The notes beneath the pieces are model-generated. The model made no database searches. It was not told the DNA's origin and saw nothing but the letters and a program-made list of their open reading frames with translations. A stretch of 63,612 bases of DNA, counting the filler, from Octopus bimaculoides (taxonomy: Eukaryota): the NCBI RefSeq assembly GCF_001194135.2. It is 7 parts of 7 records of this genome, joined end to end, with 100 filler letters (N's around TTAATTAATTAA, not from the genome) between each part and the next. Parts side by side here need not be neighbours in the genome. Positions count along the whole stretch, not along the records: positions 34,634 to 37,477 come from NC_069007.1; positions 37,578 to 51,445 come from NC_068996.1; 5 more parts are not named here. One strand, 5' to 3'. Made by a program: the position numbers and the translations under genes. Each line of letters starts with the position of its first letter. Position 1 is the stretch's first letter. This document shows, in pieces, positions 36,529 through 48,641 of this stretch.

Positions 36529-36596
36529 CCTTGTTATCTCATTATCAGGGTTTAAGTGGATAGCAAACTTTAAGTTCTGAACGGCATACTCATGAC
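36529..36596 (-). CDS. Exon of a glyoxalase II-like metallo-beta-lactamase hydrolase (HAGH/PNKD family): [23 protein letters not shown], phase 1-0
   Basis: Very strong minus-strand acceptor (ttttctcttttgttcttatattttgcag) and donor AGG|gtaaac. GHEYxxxNLxFA is the characteristic C-terminal motif of glyoxalase II-family proteins. Confidence 0.85.
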
Positions 36597-36663
36597 CTGC
36601 AAAATATAAGAACAAAAGAGAAAACAATAATTCTTTAGAATTCATTGTTAAAAATATATTTTA

Positions 36664-36990
36664 TTGAACAAATTGACCCCTAGGACTTATTTTTTAAAGC
36701 CTAGTACTTATTCTATAGGTCTCTTTGCCGAACTGCTAAGTTACGGGGATATAAATACACCAGTACTGTTAGTCGAGTGGTGATGGGGAGACAAACACAG
36801 ACACACCGACACACACGCACTCACATACATATACGATGGGCTTCTTTCAGTTTCCATCTACCAAATCCGCTTGCATGGGTTTGGTTGGCCTGAGGCTATG
36901 GTAGAAGACATTTGCCCAAGATGCCACACAATGAGATTGAACCCGGAACTATGTGATCGGGAAGCAAGCGTCTTACCACACAGCCATGCC
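36664..36990 (-). mobile_element. Bipartite A+B SINE copy
   Basis: Same head and tail as 24045-24443 in reverse orientation. Confidence 0.75.
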
Positions 36991-37694
36991 TATATATATC
37001 ATCATCATCATCATCATCATTTAATGTCTGTTTTTCATGCTGGCATGGGTTGGACAGTTTGACAGGAGCTGGCTAGGTAGAATACTGCATCAGGCTTCAA
37101 CACACACACACACACACACACATGTAAGTTGTATATATGTATGTATTTATGAATAGCTACCAAACACATGGCACATGTGTATGTGTGCATACACACACAC
37201 ACACCCACATGTCTGTTGTATATATGTATGTGTTTATGAATAGCCATGAAACACATGGCACATGTGTGTGTGCATGTGTGTGTCCACACACCCACAGCCA
37301 AACACACACACACACACCCACAGCCAAACACACACACACACCCACAGCCAAACACACACACACACACACACACACAGCCAAACTCACTTAAAATGGTAGC
37401 ATTCGGTTTCTACAGTTTTATGTTGCAATGATTCCACTGTCACTATCTCTTCAGATGTGAAATGTCATACAAACCACNNNNNNNNNNNNNNNNNNNNNNN
37501 NNNNNNNNNNNNNNNNNNNNNTTAATTAATTAANNNNNNNNNNNNNNNNNNNNNNNNNNNNNNNNNNNNNNNNNNNNGAATATACAAGTTGTTATACAAC
37601 TTTCTATACAAAATAAACTTTACAAACAAACTTTTTAAAACATGAAAAAGTCAAAACTTACGGAGCCGACACGTCTACCGTCCGTCCATACAGA

Positions 37695-37695
37695 C

Positions 37696-37773
<78 letters not shown>

Positions 37774-37827
37774 GCAGATAGATATGTAGATAGATAGATA
37801 GGCAGACAGACAGGCAGACAGACAGAC

Positions 37828-37863
<36 letters not shown>

Positions 37864-37872
37864 GATAAATAG
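37695..37872. repeat. (GATA/GACA)n microsatellite
   Basis: Directly visible; similar tracts at ~39365-39432 (TATC) and ~53025-53140. Confidence 0.95.
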
Positions 37873-38498
37873 ATAGATACAGATATATTCTTTTACTTGT
37901 TTCAGTCATTTGACTACCGTCATGCTGGAGCATCGCCTTTAGCCGAGCAAATCGACCCCAGGAGTTATTCTTTGCAAGTCGAGTACTTATTCTATCGGCC
38001 TGTTTTGCTGAACCGCTATGTATGTATAGTTGAAATTTATGGAAAAACAAAAGACGAAAAGAAGTGTATGGAAAAGAAGCAAGAGTTTGACACTCGGAGT
38101 GTATTTGTTTTTGTTTGTCCCCCACCACCACTTAACAACGAGTGTTGGTTTGTTTTCGCCCCCGTAACTTGGAGACCAATAGAATACATACTAGGCTTTT
38201 AAAAAATAAGTCCTGGCGTTGATTTCTTTGAGTAAACCCCTCAAGGCGGTGCCCCAGCATGGCCGCTGTCAAATGACTGAAACAAGTAAAAGATATGCAT
38301 ATATATATATATATCCTCGTCGAAACGCCGGTGTTAAAACGTGGGTGGCTGATGAAGGAGAATGTTCTCTATGTGGCTCGTGTGTTCTCGTCTACGTTTG
38401 TTTGCAATGTCCTGTACCCAGATATGCACCTATACATACAGGTGGATGTCGGTATGCCCATACCTGTACGTATATATGCATATACTCATTTACTATTT

Positions 38499-38589
<91 letters not shown>

Positions 38590-39363
38590 CGTATATATAA
38601 GCGTGTATCTGAGAGTGCGCACATGTTTGTATGTACGTGGGTGCGCGCGCGTGTGTGTATATTTTTATTCGTGTGTACGAATGTAAGTATGTACGTTTGT
38701 ATGTAGAAGAATGACGGGCAAGGTCAAATGTGTTCAACCGTGACGTGAAGGGCTGCTGATCACAGGAAGATGGTAGGACGTGGAGAGCGAGAGACATCTG
38801 GATTTTTAAAAAGTCACCTTTTGTATAAGTGGAGCGTGGGTGGTAATGATAAGGGAGTAGCGGGAGGGGTGGTCATGGCAGTGGTTGTCATGGTGGCAGA
38901 TGTGATGAACTGCTAATACAATACTAGTTAGGGAACAGACAGGAACACAGTATCTCTGAAACAACACACATCTTGAGATTCTCAATGTAGATATTTGATC
39001 GGCTAGAAATAGCAACCAAATTTCCCTCATATCACACTTAGACATAGAAACAGAAGCAGATATTGAGTAAAGTAGTATCAGTTACAGAATCAGATAAACA
39101 AGAATAAGCAAATATATCATTGAAGGAAAAATGCTTTTGAACAGAGGCCGCATTAATCAGTGCCAACAAATGATAAAATGTGGCTAGACTTTAACATCTT
39201 ATCTTTTCTTAAATATTGTGTAATTTAATATGTTATATGATTTAATTGATGTTTGCTTAGCATTGAGCATGAATGTATGCATTTATTATTTATGTTAATA
39301 CAAAAAATTATTTGTGTCATGTGCATAAGTACCTATGGGTTTCCATTTCTGTTTGTATGTATA

Positions 39364-39434
<71 letters not shown>

Positions 39435-40157
39435 CTTTATCCCCCTCTCTCTCTTTCTCTCTCTCTCTTTCTCTCTCTCTCTCTCCTTCTTTCTCTCTCT
39501 CTCTCTTTCTTCCCCCCTCTCTCTATAATATAATATTTCTATATATGTTTGTATGTCACGTAGGTACTGTAAATTTTAGAGGTAATACTTAATAAGTGTA
39601 AGCACCTGTATATGCCGGATAGTGGCAGAGGTGAAAGTATATATCAAACGTAAATTGAAAACAGAACACAAAGGATACCGCGGTACACGTGTTTCAAGCT
39701 TTACACACAAAGTCATTACATCAGTATATATTGTTGATATAAAGGATGATTTAAAGCTATCTTCAGTCACAAACATTTTCAGTCCCAAGATTACATCACA
39801 AAGGAAAAAGAAAAAGAGAGAGAAGAAGGAAAAGTATTATCCATTATAATAGGTTTATCCTTTAAACTGTTATATCTACATAAATGTTCGGTGGATTTCA
39901 GAAATCTGCCCATACTGTACCACAATTCAGCATAGAGTGAATGATAAATAGATTGGATTGGTCCCTCCCACCATCGCTTGACAACCGATGCTGGTGCGTT
40001 TACGTCACCGTAACGTAGTGGTTCGGCAAAAGCGACCGATAGGATAAGTACTAGGCTTACAAAGAATAAGCCCTGAGGTAGATTTGTTCGACTAAAGGCG
40101 GTGCTCAAGCATGCCCGCAGTCAAATGAGTGAAACAAATAAAAGAATAAAAAAAATG

Positions 40158-40193
<36 letters not shown>

Positions 40194-40312
40194 NNNNNNN
40201 NNNNNNNNNNNNNNNNNNNNNNNNNNNNNNNNNNNNNNNNNNNNNNNNNNNNNNNNNNNNNNNNNNNNNNNNNNNNNNNNNNNNNNNNNNNNNNNNNNNN
40301 NNNNNNNNNNNN

Positions 40313-40382
<70 letters not shown>

Positions 40383-40386
40383 ATAT

Positions 40387-40622
40387 AAAATTTTTTTCAG
40401 AATGAGATAAAAAACCAAGGCTGTGAAGATTTTAGAACATTTATAAATAGGTCTTACAGCTGTTTCCAGGATATTTATTATATCCCTTCATCGGACACGG
40501 TGTGAGAACATGTCTCCGATGAAGGGATATAACTGGAAACAGCTGTAAGACCTTCTATTTATAAATGTTCTAAAATCTTCACATCCTTGCCTTTTTATCT
40601 CATTCTGAAACAAAAAAAAATT
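40387..40622. repeat. ~100-bp-arm inverted repeat, probably an inverted pair of Penelope-like pLTRs
   Basis: 40396-40497 is the near-exact reverse complement of 40512-40609, with a 14-nt spacer. Each arm contains CCGATGAAGGGATAT...GAAACAGCTGTAAGAC. Confidence 0.85.
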
Positions 40623-40769
40623 ATGTATGCACACACTGATATATGACCTAAGTTGAACTCCTTATTCGCATAATCACCGAACCTGGAGCTTGACTATGGT
40701 CTATCAATAGCACTTACTCAGCAATACCTGACACCTTTGGCTCTTATTGACACCATTCCTCTCATAACC

Positions 40770-40803
<34 letters not shown>

Positions 40804-41285
40804 TGTATTTCATCACATATTCATAAAATATTCCGTTTGTGCGTTGTTTTGTTTAGCTTGATACGCCCTGGTCAAGCAGACTTATGATTGAAGATAATAC
40901 AATATAAGTAATATGTTATGTCATTGGAAATCTTCTCAATTCTAGTGATATATTTTGTCTAACTTTCGTTTATGTCTTTTATTCGTCTAATAATATTTCA
41001 TTCCGTTACTAGATATATTAAGAGCATAATTACAGGAGTGCAACCCACCGACTTTGTTTCCTCATAACAAGTACGTTCCAGATGGTGTAGATTACAATTA
41101 AATCGAAATTGGTTTCGAAAAACCTGGTAAAGAGAAGGTTCATATAATTGATACGCCTTGATTTTCTTTCCTCATAACTTTCAGAGAAATGGATATGTTT
41201 TTAATGAAATCTTCAGCGAAAACCTTTCAGATTATGTAGATTATGATTTGATCAGAATTTAGATATTCATTTAAGTAACTATTCA

Positions 41286-41670
41286 TTTTTATTAGTTTCA
41301 GTTATTTGATTATGTCCACGCTGGAGCACGCCTTTAGTCGAACAAATCGACTCCAGATCTTATTCTTCGTAAGCCTAGTACTTATCCTCACGGTACTTTT
41401 GCTGAACCGCTACATTCTGGGGAAGTATATACACCAACATCGGTTGTCAAGTGATAGTAGTGGTGGAGGACAAAGGCAGATACACAAATACACACACACA
41501 CACATATATATATACGAAGGAGTTCTTTCACTTTCTGTCTGCCAAATCTACTCACAAGGCTTTGGTCGGCCCGAGGCTATAGTAGAACATACTTGCGTAA
41601 GGTGCCACGCAATGGGACTGAACCCAGAATCATGAGGTTGGTAAGAAAGCTACTAACCACACGGCCACTC
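41286..41670 (-). mobile_element. Bipartite A+B SINE copy
   Basis: Same structure, reverse orientation. Confidence 0.8.
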
Positions 41671-41754
41671 ATATATATATAGCCCTTAATATAGTTGGTA
41701 TGACTGTTTTTATATTTGTGGAATAGTGTTATCACACACCCTTCTGGTATATAT

Positions 41755-41918
41755 ATATAATTTTTTCTCTCCGTGTTTTTCTCCTTGTCTCCGTATTCTT
41801 TCTGTTGAAGAGCGTAGCTCGAAACGTCAAAGTCTTTCCGTATTCGTGAGCGTCATACTAATACATCCTTTTGTTATTTACACCACCTGTCCTCGTCTGT
41901 TGTTGTTTTTTTCGTACA
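41755..41918 (+). mobile_element. Solo Penelope-like pLTR fragment, same family as 49860-50017
   Basis: Shares CTTTCTGTTGAAGAGC..GCTCGAAACGT.AAAG and the downstream ctaataca...acctgtc.tcgtc...gttttt sequence; cut off by an N-gap. Confidence 0.7.
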
Positions 41919-42751
41919 NNNNNNNNNNNNNNNNNNNNNNNNNNNNNNNNNNNNNNNNNNNNNNNNNNNNNNNNNNNNNNNNNNNNNNNNNNNNNNNNNN
42001 NNNNNNNNNNNNNNNNNNNNNNNNNNNNNNNNNNNNNNNNNNNNNNNNNNNNNNNNNNNNNNNNNNNNNNNNNNNNNNNNNNNNNNNNNNNNNNNNNNNN
42101 NNNNNNNNNNNNNNNNNNNNNNNNNNNNNNNNNNNNNNNNNNNNNNNNNNNNNNNNNNNNNNNNNNNNNNNNNNNNNNNNNNNNNNNNNNNNNNNNNNNN
42201 NNNNNNNNNNNNNNNNNNNNNNNNNNNNNNNNNNNNNNNNNNNNNNNNNNNNNNNNNNNNNNNNNNNNNNNNNNNNNNNNNNNNNNNNNNNNNNNNNNNN
42301 NNNNNNNNNNNNNNNNNNNNNNNNNNNNNNNNNNNNNNNNNNNNNNNNNNNNNNNNNNNNNNNNNNNNNNNNNNNNNNNNNNNNNNNNNNNNNNNNNNNN
42401 NNNNNNNNNNNNNNNNNNNNNNNTATTTTTTTCCCTTTTTTCTCAGTGGGGTGTTGAATTTCCTTATTTAAATGTGTTAGCAATGGTTAAGTTTGGGTTT
42501 GTATTTTTGAATGAAAAAGGTTTCCTTATTCAATCTAATCTGTGTTGGTGTTTTAATGGCACATTGATAAAAAGGAAAGATTATAAATTGTGGTAGCATT
42601 TGTTTTGCGCATTTTTCAATATGATCACTAAAAGGTATCATTCGGTATTCTGGGTGTGCAATCTGCTGGCGGTGCAGAGTGCATCTACGTCTGAGCGATA
42701 ATCCTGTGAACCCTATGTAACACAAGCCTTCTGTAGTTTTTTCACTCTTAT

Positions 42752-42785
<34 letters not shown>

Positions 42786-44409
42786 TTCGTATCAGCTAAA
42801 GGAATTTTAGCTGATACCATGTATCAGTTTTTTATTGATATTACCTAAATAAGAAAATATAGAATTTTTAGTTTAATATATTTTGAATTATTATACATTT
42901 TCTATATATCTTCTTTATTGGTGTTAATAAACTACATATACTTTATCATGGTTTTAGTGATTAAGCTATTTTATTTCTTTTTCTATGGTGTTCTGCCATA
43001 CTGGATTATTTTATTTTATTTCTTTATTATTTTATAATTAGCTTTTATTTATTTATAAAATTAATCTAATTTTTGTACCTCTGTAAATTCATACTTAGCC
43101 TATAAAAAAGAATATACTGGTATATTCACTACTTATAAACAATGCTTAAATCATAATTTTATTAATGTATAATTAGTATGTTCTTTTACCTCAATACTCC
43201 TTTATTAATACCAGTATATACCAATTAATCAATATTCACAGATACCATCTGTGGTAAAAATTTGGTATATACTCAAAAGTATTCATAAATTTGTATCCTT
43301 TTGTTATAATATTCTTCTTAATAATCCTCTGAATAACCCTAAACTTTAACTGTATACAATGTAGCAACATTGTTTAAAATATTTTAACTATAGTACTTCA
43401 TGATAAGACTTCTCCTGTTTCATTATCAATGGTCTGCTAGTGGGTGACCCCCTTAATTGTCAGCTAATATTTTGTTTTAAATTTTCCTTTCTAATACTTC
43501 ATGATATTGCTTCTAATAAATCTCAATTTTTATAACTATACCAACTATGATGTCTGCCTGATGCCTCAGCCCTACCCCTAACAGATACTGCCCTCTGTTC
43601 TCTTAGCCTTAGATATATAAGGGATTTGATAAACTAGTCTATAAATTAAAACTGACCCCATGAAAACAAAAAATCAATGACAGGCAGAGTCCTAGTAGCT
43701 TCTATGCTGGAGTGAACGCAGCATGTTCTTTGTCTATCTCCTTAACTTGTTGGAAATTTTAGGTATAATTATACCAATGCGTCCATCTGTTTAAATTTAA
43801 TTAAATTCTATGTCTTCGTGCAGCTGAGGATTGCTCTGCATTTAAATTGATGTAATGATTGCATTGTTCAATTAAATGGAGTTGCATGAAACGACCGTAC
43901 TGCATTATCTCTGGATATCCCTGCTTATTTTGATCTTGTCACCTTACTTTGAAATTGTATGGATAATACCGTACTAAATTCTGGTGCCNNNNNNNNNNAT
44001 AATTGGAGGTGATTGCCTACATGCATAAATATTATTGTATAGGAAGGTAATTATATAAAACATATGTTCGCGTAAATTGTGTGAGCACGATGGGTATGTG
44101 TTTTAGGTACATATAATGAAATTTGTTACCTAATTTCCATAGAAAGTGATCAAACAGATTATCATTTAAATATGTTCTAACTGTGATCGCTATGCCTATT
44201 AATATTAATAGAATCCCTTTAATATGCGATTTGAAATATATTTGGCTGTAATTTCCAATAGCTCGAGTGATTATGTCTTTGTGTTGAGAGTATGGAATAT
44301 GTGCTCTTGTGTATAAAAATTATGAGTCGGGTGTGTCGAATGTAACATTCTAAGTTGCGTTCTAATAATGGAAAGTAATTTTGTAAAATTTACAAGTTTT
44401 GTATTATTC

Positions 44410-45655
44410 TACTAGTTTGTTCCGAATATAATGGTTGATTTCAAAAACATAATTTTATTCTGGAAAAATTAACAATAGAAATGTTTCGATTAGTCAAATT
44501 ATGAGCCGTGAACATCTATGCATTTCTGCCATCGATCAACGAGATTATTTATGCTTCGTTGATAAAAACTTATTGGTTTTGATGCTAAGAATTCTTTGAA
44601 AGCTGATTCCACCTCTGGTTTGAACCTGAAAGTTTTATCACTTAAAAACGTGTTTAAATGCTTTAAAAAATGGTAGTCAGTGGGTTAAAGATGAGAAGAA
44701 TATGGAGGATGTGGTAAAGTCTCGTATTCCAAGTCTGAGTTTCTGTAGCATCATTCTTGCAACATGTGACTTTACATTATCGTGGAACAGAATTGGGTCA
44801 CGTCGATTCAGCAATGCAGATCTCATTTTTTGAAAGTGATCATGCATTTCAGTGAGTTGATTGCAATAAACCTCTGCTGTAATGCTTTGATTGGCTTCCA
44901 GAAAGCTGTAATGGACAACACCAATTGCAGACCACCAGACAGTCACCACAATCTTTTGATTTGGGAAATGTTTGGGGGACGAATCACAATCAATCCATTG
45001 ACCTGATCTTTTACGGTTATCATAAACGATCCACTTTTCCTCACAAGTGATTATTCGGTAAAGAAAAGGATCATTGGGTGTTTCGCAGAAAGAGCATCGA
45101 GCACACTTCAAAATGCTGAACTTTATTTATTTATCGAGCTTTTTCACCTTACCAATATTCTGGAGATTGCATGAGACCGTTGCAATACCGACACCAAGTG
45201 CCTGAGACATTTTTCTGACACTTTGACGTGGGTCTGTTCAGGAATTGCTTCCAATTATTCATAGTCAAGACTGTATGACCGTCCTCTATCTTCTATATCT
45301 TCAAGGCTCACGTCACCACTACAGAATTTCTGAAATCCCCTTCGTACTGTCTGATCACTTGCGGACTTCTCTCTCCATGCTCTGTTGACATTGGCAGCAC
45401 TTTGGGAGGCATTGTGCCCAAGTTTGAACTCATGCAAGAAAAGTAAGCGAAGGTCGTTTTTTGTCATGTTCATAATTAAGGGCGCCTATGCTTTAAGAAT
45501 GTTTTCTGTCTGAAATAAGCAGAAAATTATTAAAGAGGAAACATCAATTATTAAGTATGTCGAAATTCGCCTAAAATATAATTAAAATACTATGATAACA
45601 TTGCGTTGCAAAACACAACACTTAGAGCGGCCATTATTTTCGGAACAACCTAATA
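44410..45655 (-). mobile_element. Near full-length decayed mariner (Hsmar1/cecropia-like)
   Basis: Imperfect ~25-bp TIRs including TA at 44410-44434 and 45631-45655. ORF pieces LRLLFLHEFKLGHNASQSAANVN, FLYRIITCEEKWIVYDNRKRSGQW, KIVVTVWWSAIG and PILFHDNVKSHVA. Confidence 0.9.
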
Positions 45656-46119
45656 TGTTGAAGTGATTGTGTAGAAAGCATTGTATGCAATTTATTTTAT
45701 ACTATTAAAGCTTCATTGAGTGGAATATGTTCTGGCTTGTCTATATTATACTGGCAATAGAATATATATAGTGTAAATTATTTTATACGTTTGGGAGTTA
45801 TAAGTGTAGAATATGTGCCCTATTTGTTCTGTCATAACATTAAGAAATAGCTGTGAAGAATATCTGTTGCGTAATCTGTGCTGTGTAAAGTTGTGTTATA
45901 GTACTGAAAAGAAACTGTGAATGATTGTGTAGTTATTTCGGAAATTACGATATTAGGAGTTTAATGTGTGGAGTATTTGGAGATGACTTTGTACAATATG
46001 TGTCAAGTAAAGGATTTGCTGAAATGGAAGTTCTTTTTGTTCCTTTTGAAAATACGCGTGGTGTCTATTTGAAATAGTTTTGAATTTGGATAAGTTTGTG
46101 AAACTTGGTATGGTGTATA

Positions 46120-46760
46120 TGGTGTCTTTATATGTTTTATCACATTCAGTACCCTAATTATTGCTGTTACCAATTCCTATCCTCAAACCATCTTACATCT
46201 CGATTATTTTTTATTTCGAGATGAATGTTCTTTCAAAGATTTTCAGCTTCGTTCCAGGTGATGCTTTCGTTAAAAGGGATCGAGATATCTATCAGAGTAT
46301 ACGCGGTTTCATTTTGGCTTTGATTATGATATTTGGTGACCGATTCCTTTTGATCTTCTTGTCAAACTCGAAAGACATGTCATAGAGTATTGTAGACGTG
46401 TCATTGTCACATACAGGATTTTCTGCGTGCTTAAAGCATTTACTTTTTTGTTTTGATGTGACAGTTTTGCATATTGCCCAATAGATATCTACCTATCTTG
46501 TCATGTTTGAAGATATATTCTCTCTTTGAAGAAATTAGGCAGCTGGAATTGTGGTGGTCGATTGCTTCTGTGTCTTGATTACATATTCTATATTTGATGG
46601 CATTCTGTTTTATAATCTGGTAGGGTATTGGTGTTATGCAACTGAAGTAAAAGCTCCCTTTCGTTCTTCAATCCGCTTTCATAGTTCGATCTCTTAAATT
46701 CGTCACTCCATTTATGGTTCGGCAACTTCCATGTCTCGGGTCGTTTTGAATCATTTTGTT
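46120..46760 (-). mobile_element. Decayed R4/Dong-like non-LTR retrotransposon C-terminus (CCHC knuckle plus restriction-enzyme-like endonuclease)
   Basis: KYRICNQDTEAIDHH.SSCLISSKREYIFKHDKIGRYLYWAICK, then ENPVCDNDTSTILYDM...IKRNR.PNIIIK...TLIDISIP, resembling the CxxC...H...C, RHD and RPD...LIDISIP motifs. Confidence 0.65.
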
Positions 46761-48641
46761 TTAGAAGCAAAAATCTAGTTTGGAACTATTACTAGATTTA
46801 CTTTTCCTATTTTCAGTTATTTTATAGCTTTGATAAAACAAATATATGTGAAAAAGGATTGTGTTTACATGGGGGCTTCCGCTAAGAATCAGTTACTGTT
46901 TACACCGGTGTTTTCTGTCGTCAGACAATGGTCAGGTTCCAAAGTAACCCGTTTTAAGAAGTCCCAACTTGTTTTAAAATATTATACCATAAAATACTGA
47001 AGGTGGGAAGTTTTTTCTCGACTCATTCTATCGTATTATTCTAAGATTCTGTTTTTAAAAAAGTTCTGTAGCATTACTATGCATGCCTTTTTACTACGCT
47101 GTTCCTATTTCGTTGTATAGAGCTAACAATTCATTCAAAATCCATACCCTGGAAGATTGTAGCTTGTACAACAAGAAACGAAACCTCTTTTCTCCATAAT
47201 TGCTACCATCAGCGAACATATTGTCCGCCATCTTTCGCCTTGCTCATTTCCTGGTGTTTCTTAAACCCTTTGAGGTTTTCCTTAAACATTTTTACTGGAT
47301 ATTTATCCATGCATTAGTATATTTTCTAGTGATAGGTTGTCAGAATATCGAGTTACACCTATCCACTTAATTTGTCACCCTTGTTAGTAGTTTACAGAAG
47401 AATTTCATGGCTCGCAGTCTCAGCAACAATTTAATTTCTAGTACAGCTCAGTGTATAGAAAAGAAATTCTCTTTATTTAGGTTGTATTGTTATGTATTAG
47501 TCAGACTGCCTATTACAGAACTATTGAAGTTACTTTGAAATGAATTTCTGCTCCATCTCAAGTCTTCTTCATCTCTCGGGACAAAAATGTTATTTCATAT
47601 CTGCATTAGCCTTAGAATTTGGTGATCGAAATGTTGTGAATAATTTTCTTGTGTTTCTGCGCCGGGTCCTAAACCCCATAAATTCTAGTTATACTAAAAT
47701 TTCAGATTGGTTATTAATTTTACATTGAATAATGGTCTAAATATACGGTTGAATATTTATTCTTGACATTTTTTTTTACTTTTCTTCATTTAAAAATATT
47801 TTCGTGAAAGTTTCATTGCCCCTATCTGATTCTAGTCTATGTAGTTTTAATTAATTTACCTCTTCACATATTTAATTCTATAAGAATTTTAATATCCCTT
47901 TTGAGTTCATGCACTGCTTCTACTAGATATTCGGCTGGGTATTGATCTTGCAATTAGTTTTAATTGTAACATATAACAAATGACACTATGCAGTCATCAG
48001 GACCCCATCTGAGTACACAGTGTTTCTGATCAACTTCGTGAGCACCATCTACATGTAGTAGGCCGCAAAAGAAACAACAAACAACCTATCCATGTTCAAA
48101 GCGAACGTAGTGTATCTTTTATTCATTAATTTTCAACCATCGTCTTACCAGGTGTATAGTAGCCCTAATTGTTTTCTCATTTCGCCCTCAATTATAATAC
48201 TTGCATTAGACCTGTCACTGGCGAAAGAACATACATCTTGCAAGAAACACCTCAGAGTCCTACTCGACTTCTATTTCGAGATCATGTTGAATTATTAATC
48301 CAAGTTGCCAACTGATCCAATGTTATATAACTTAGACAGATCTGTTTAGTTAAGTGGCTGGCTGGCGTAAAATGTGACATTGCAGATAAAACTGATGCAG
48401 TATCACAATATTTTGCAGCGGTTGCGATTCGTTTCGCAAAAGGATTTGCTTATTTGTGATACCTCCACGCTAAGTAATTTAGAATATCTTCCGTAGATAT
48501 TGTCGATAAAAAGTCTTTACTTTCTTGGCTTGATTTTCATGTTTCACCGTTAGCAGAACTATCGCTATATATGGCCAAACGTTCATGCCAGTACTGATAT
48601 TTCCTGTTGCCCACATTTGGCGCATATACTGGAACGTATAG

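Noticed and set aside
48479-48570. KTFYRQYLRKIF resembling the PNKD N-terminal FYRQQLRR
   Set aside because: Short match, followed immediately by a stop, with no usable splice sites.
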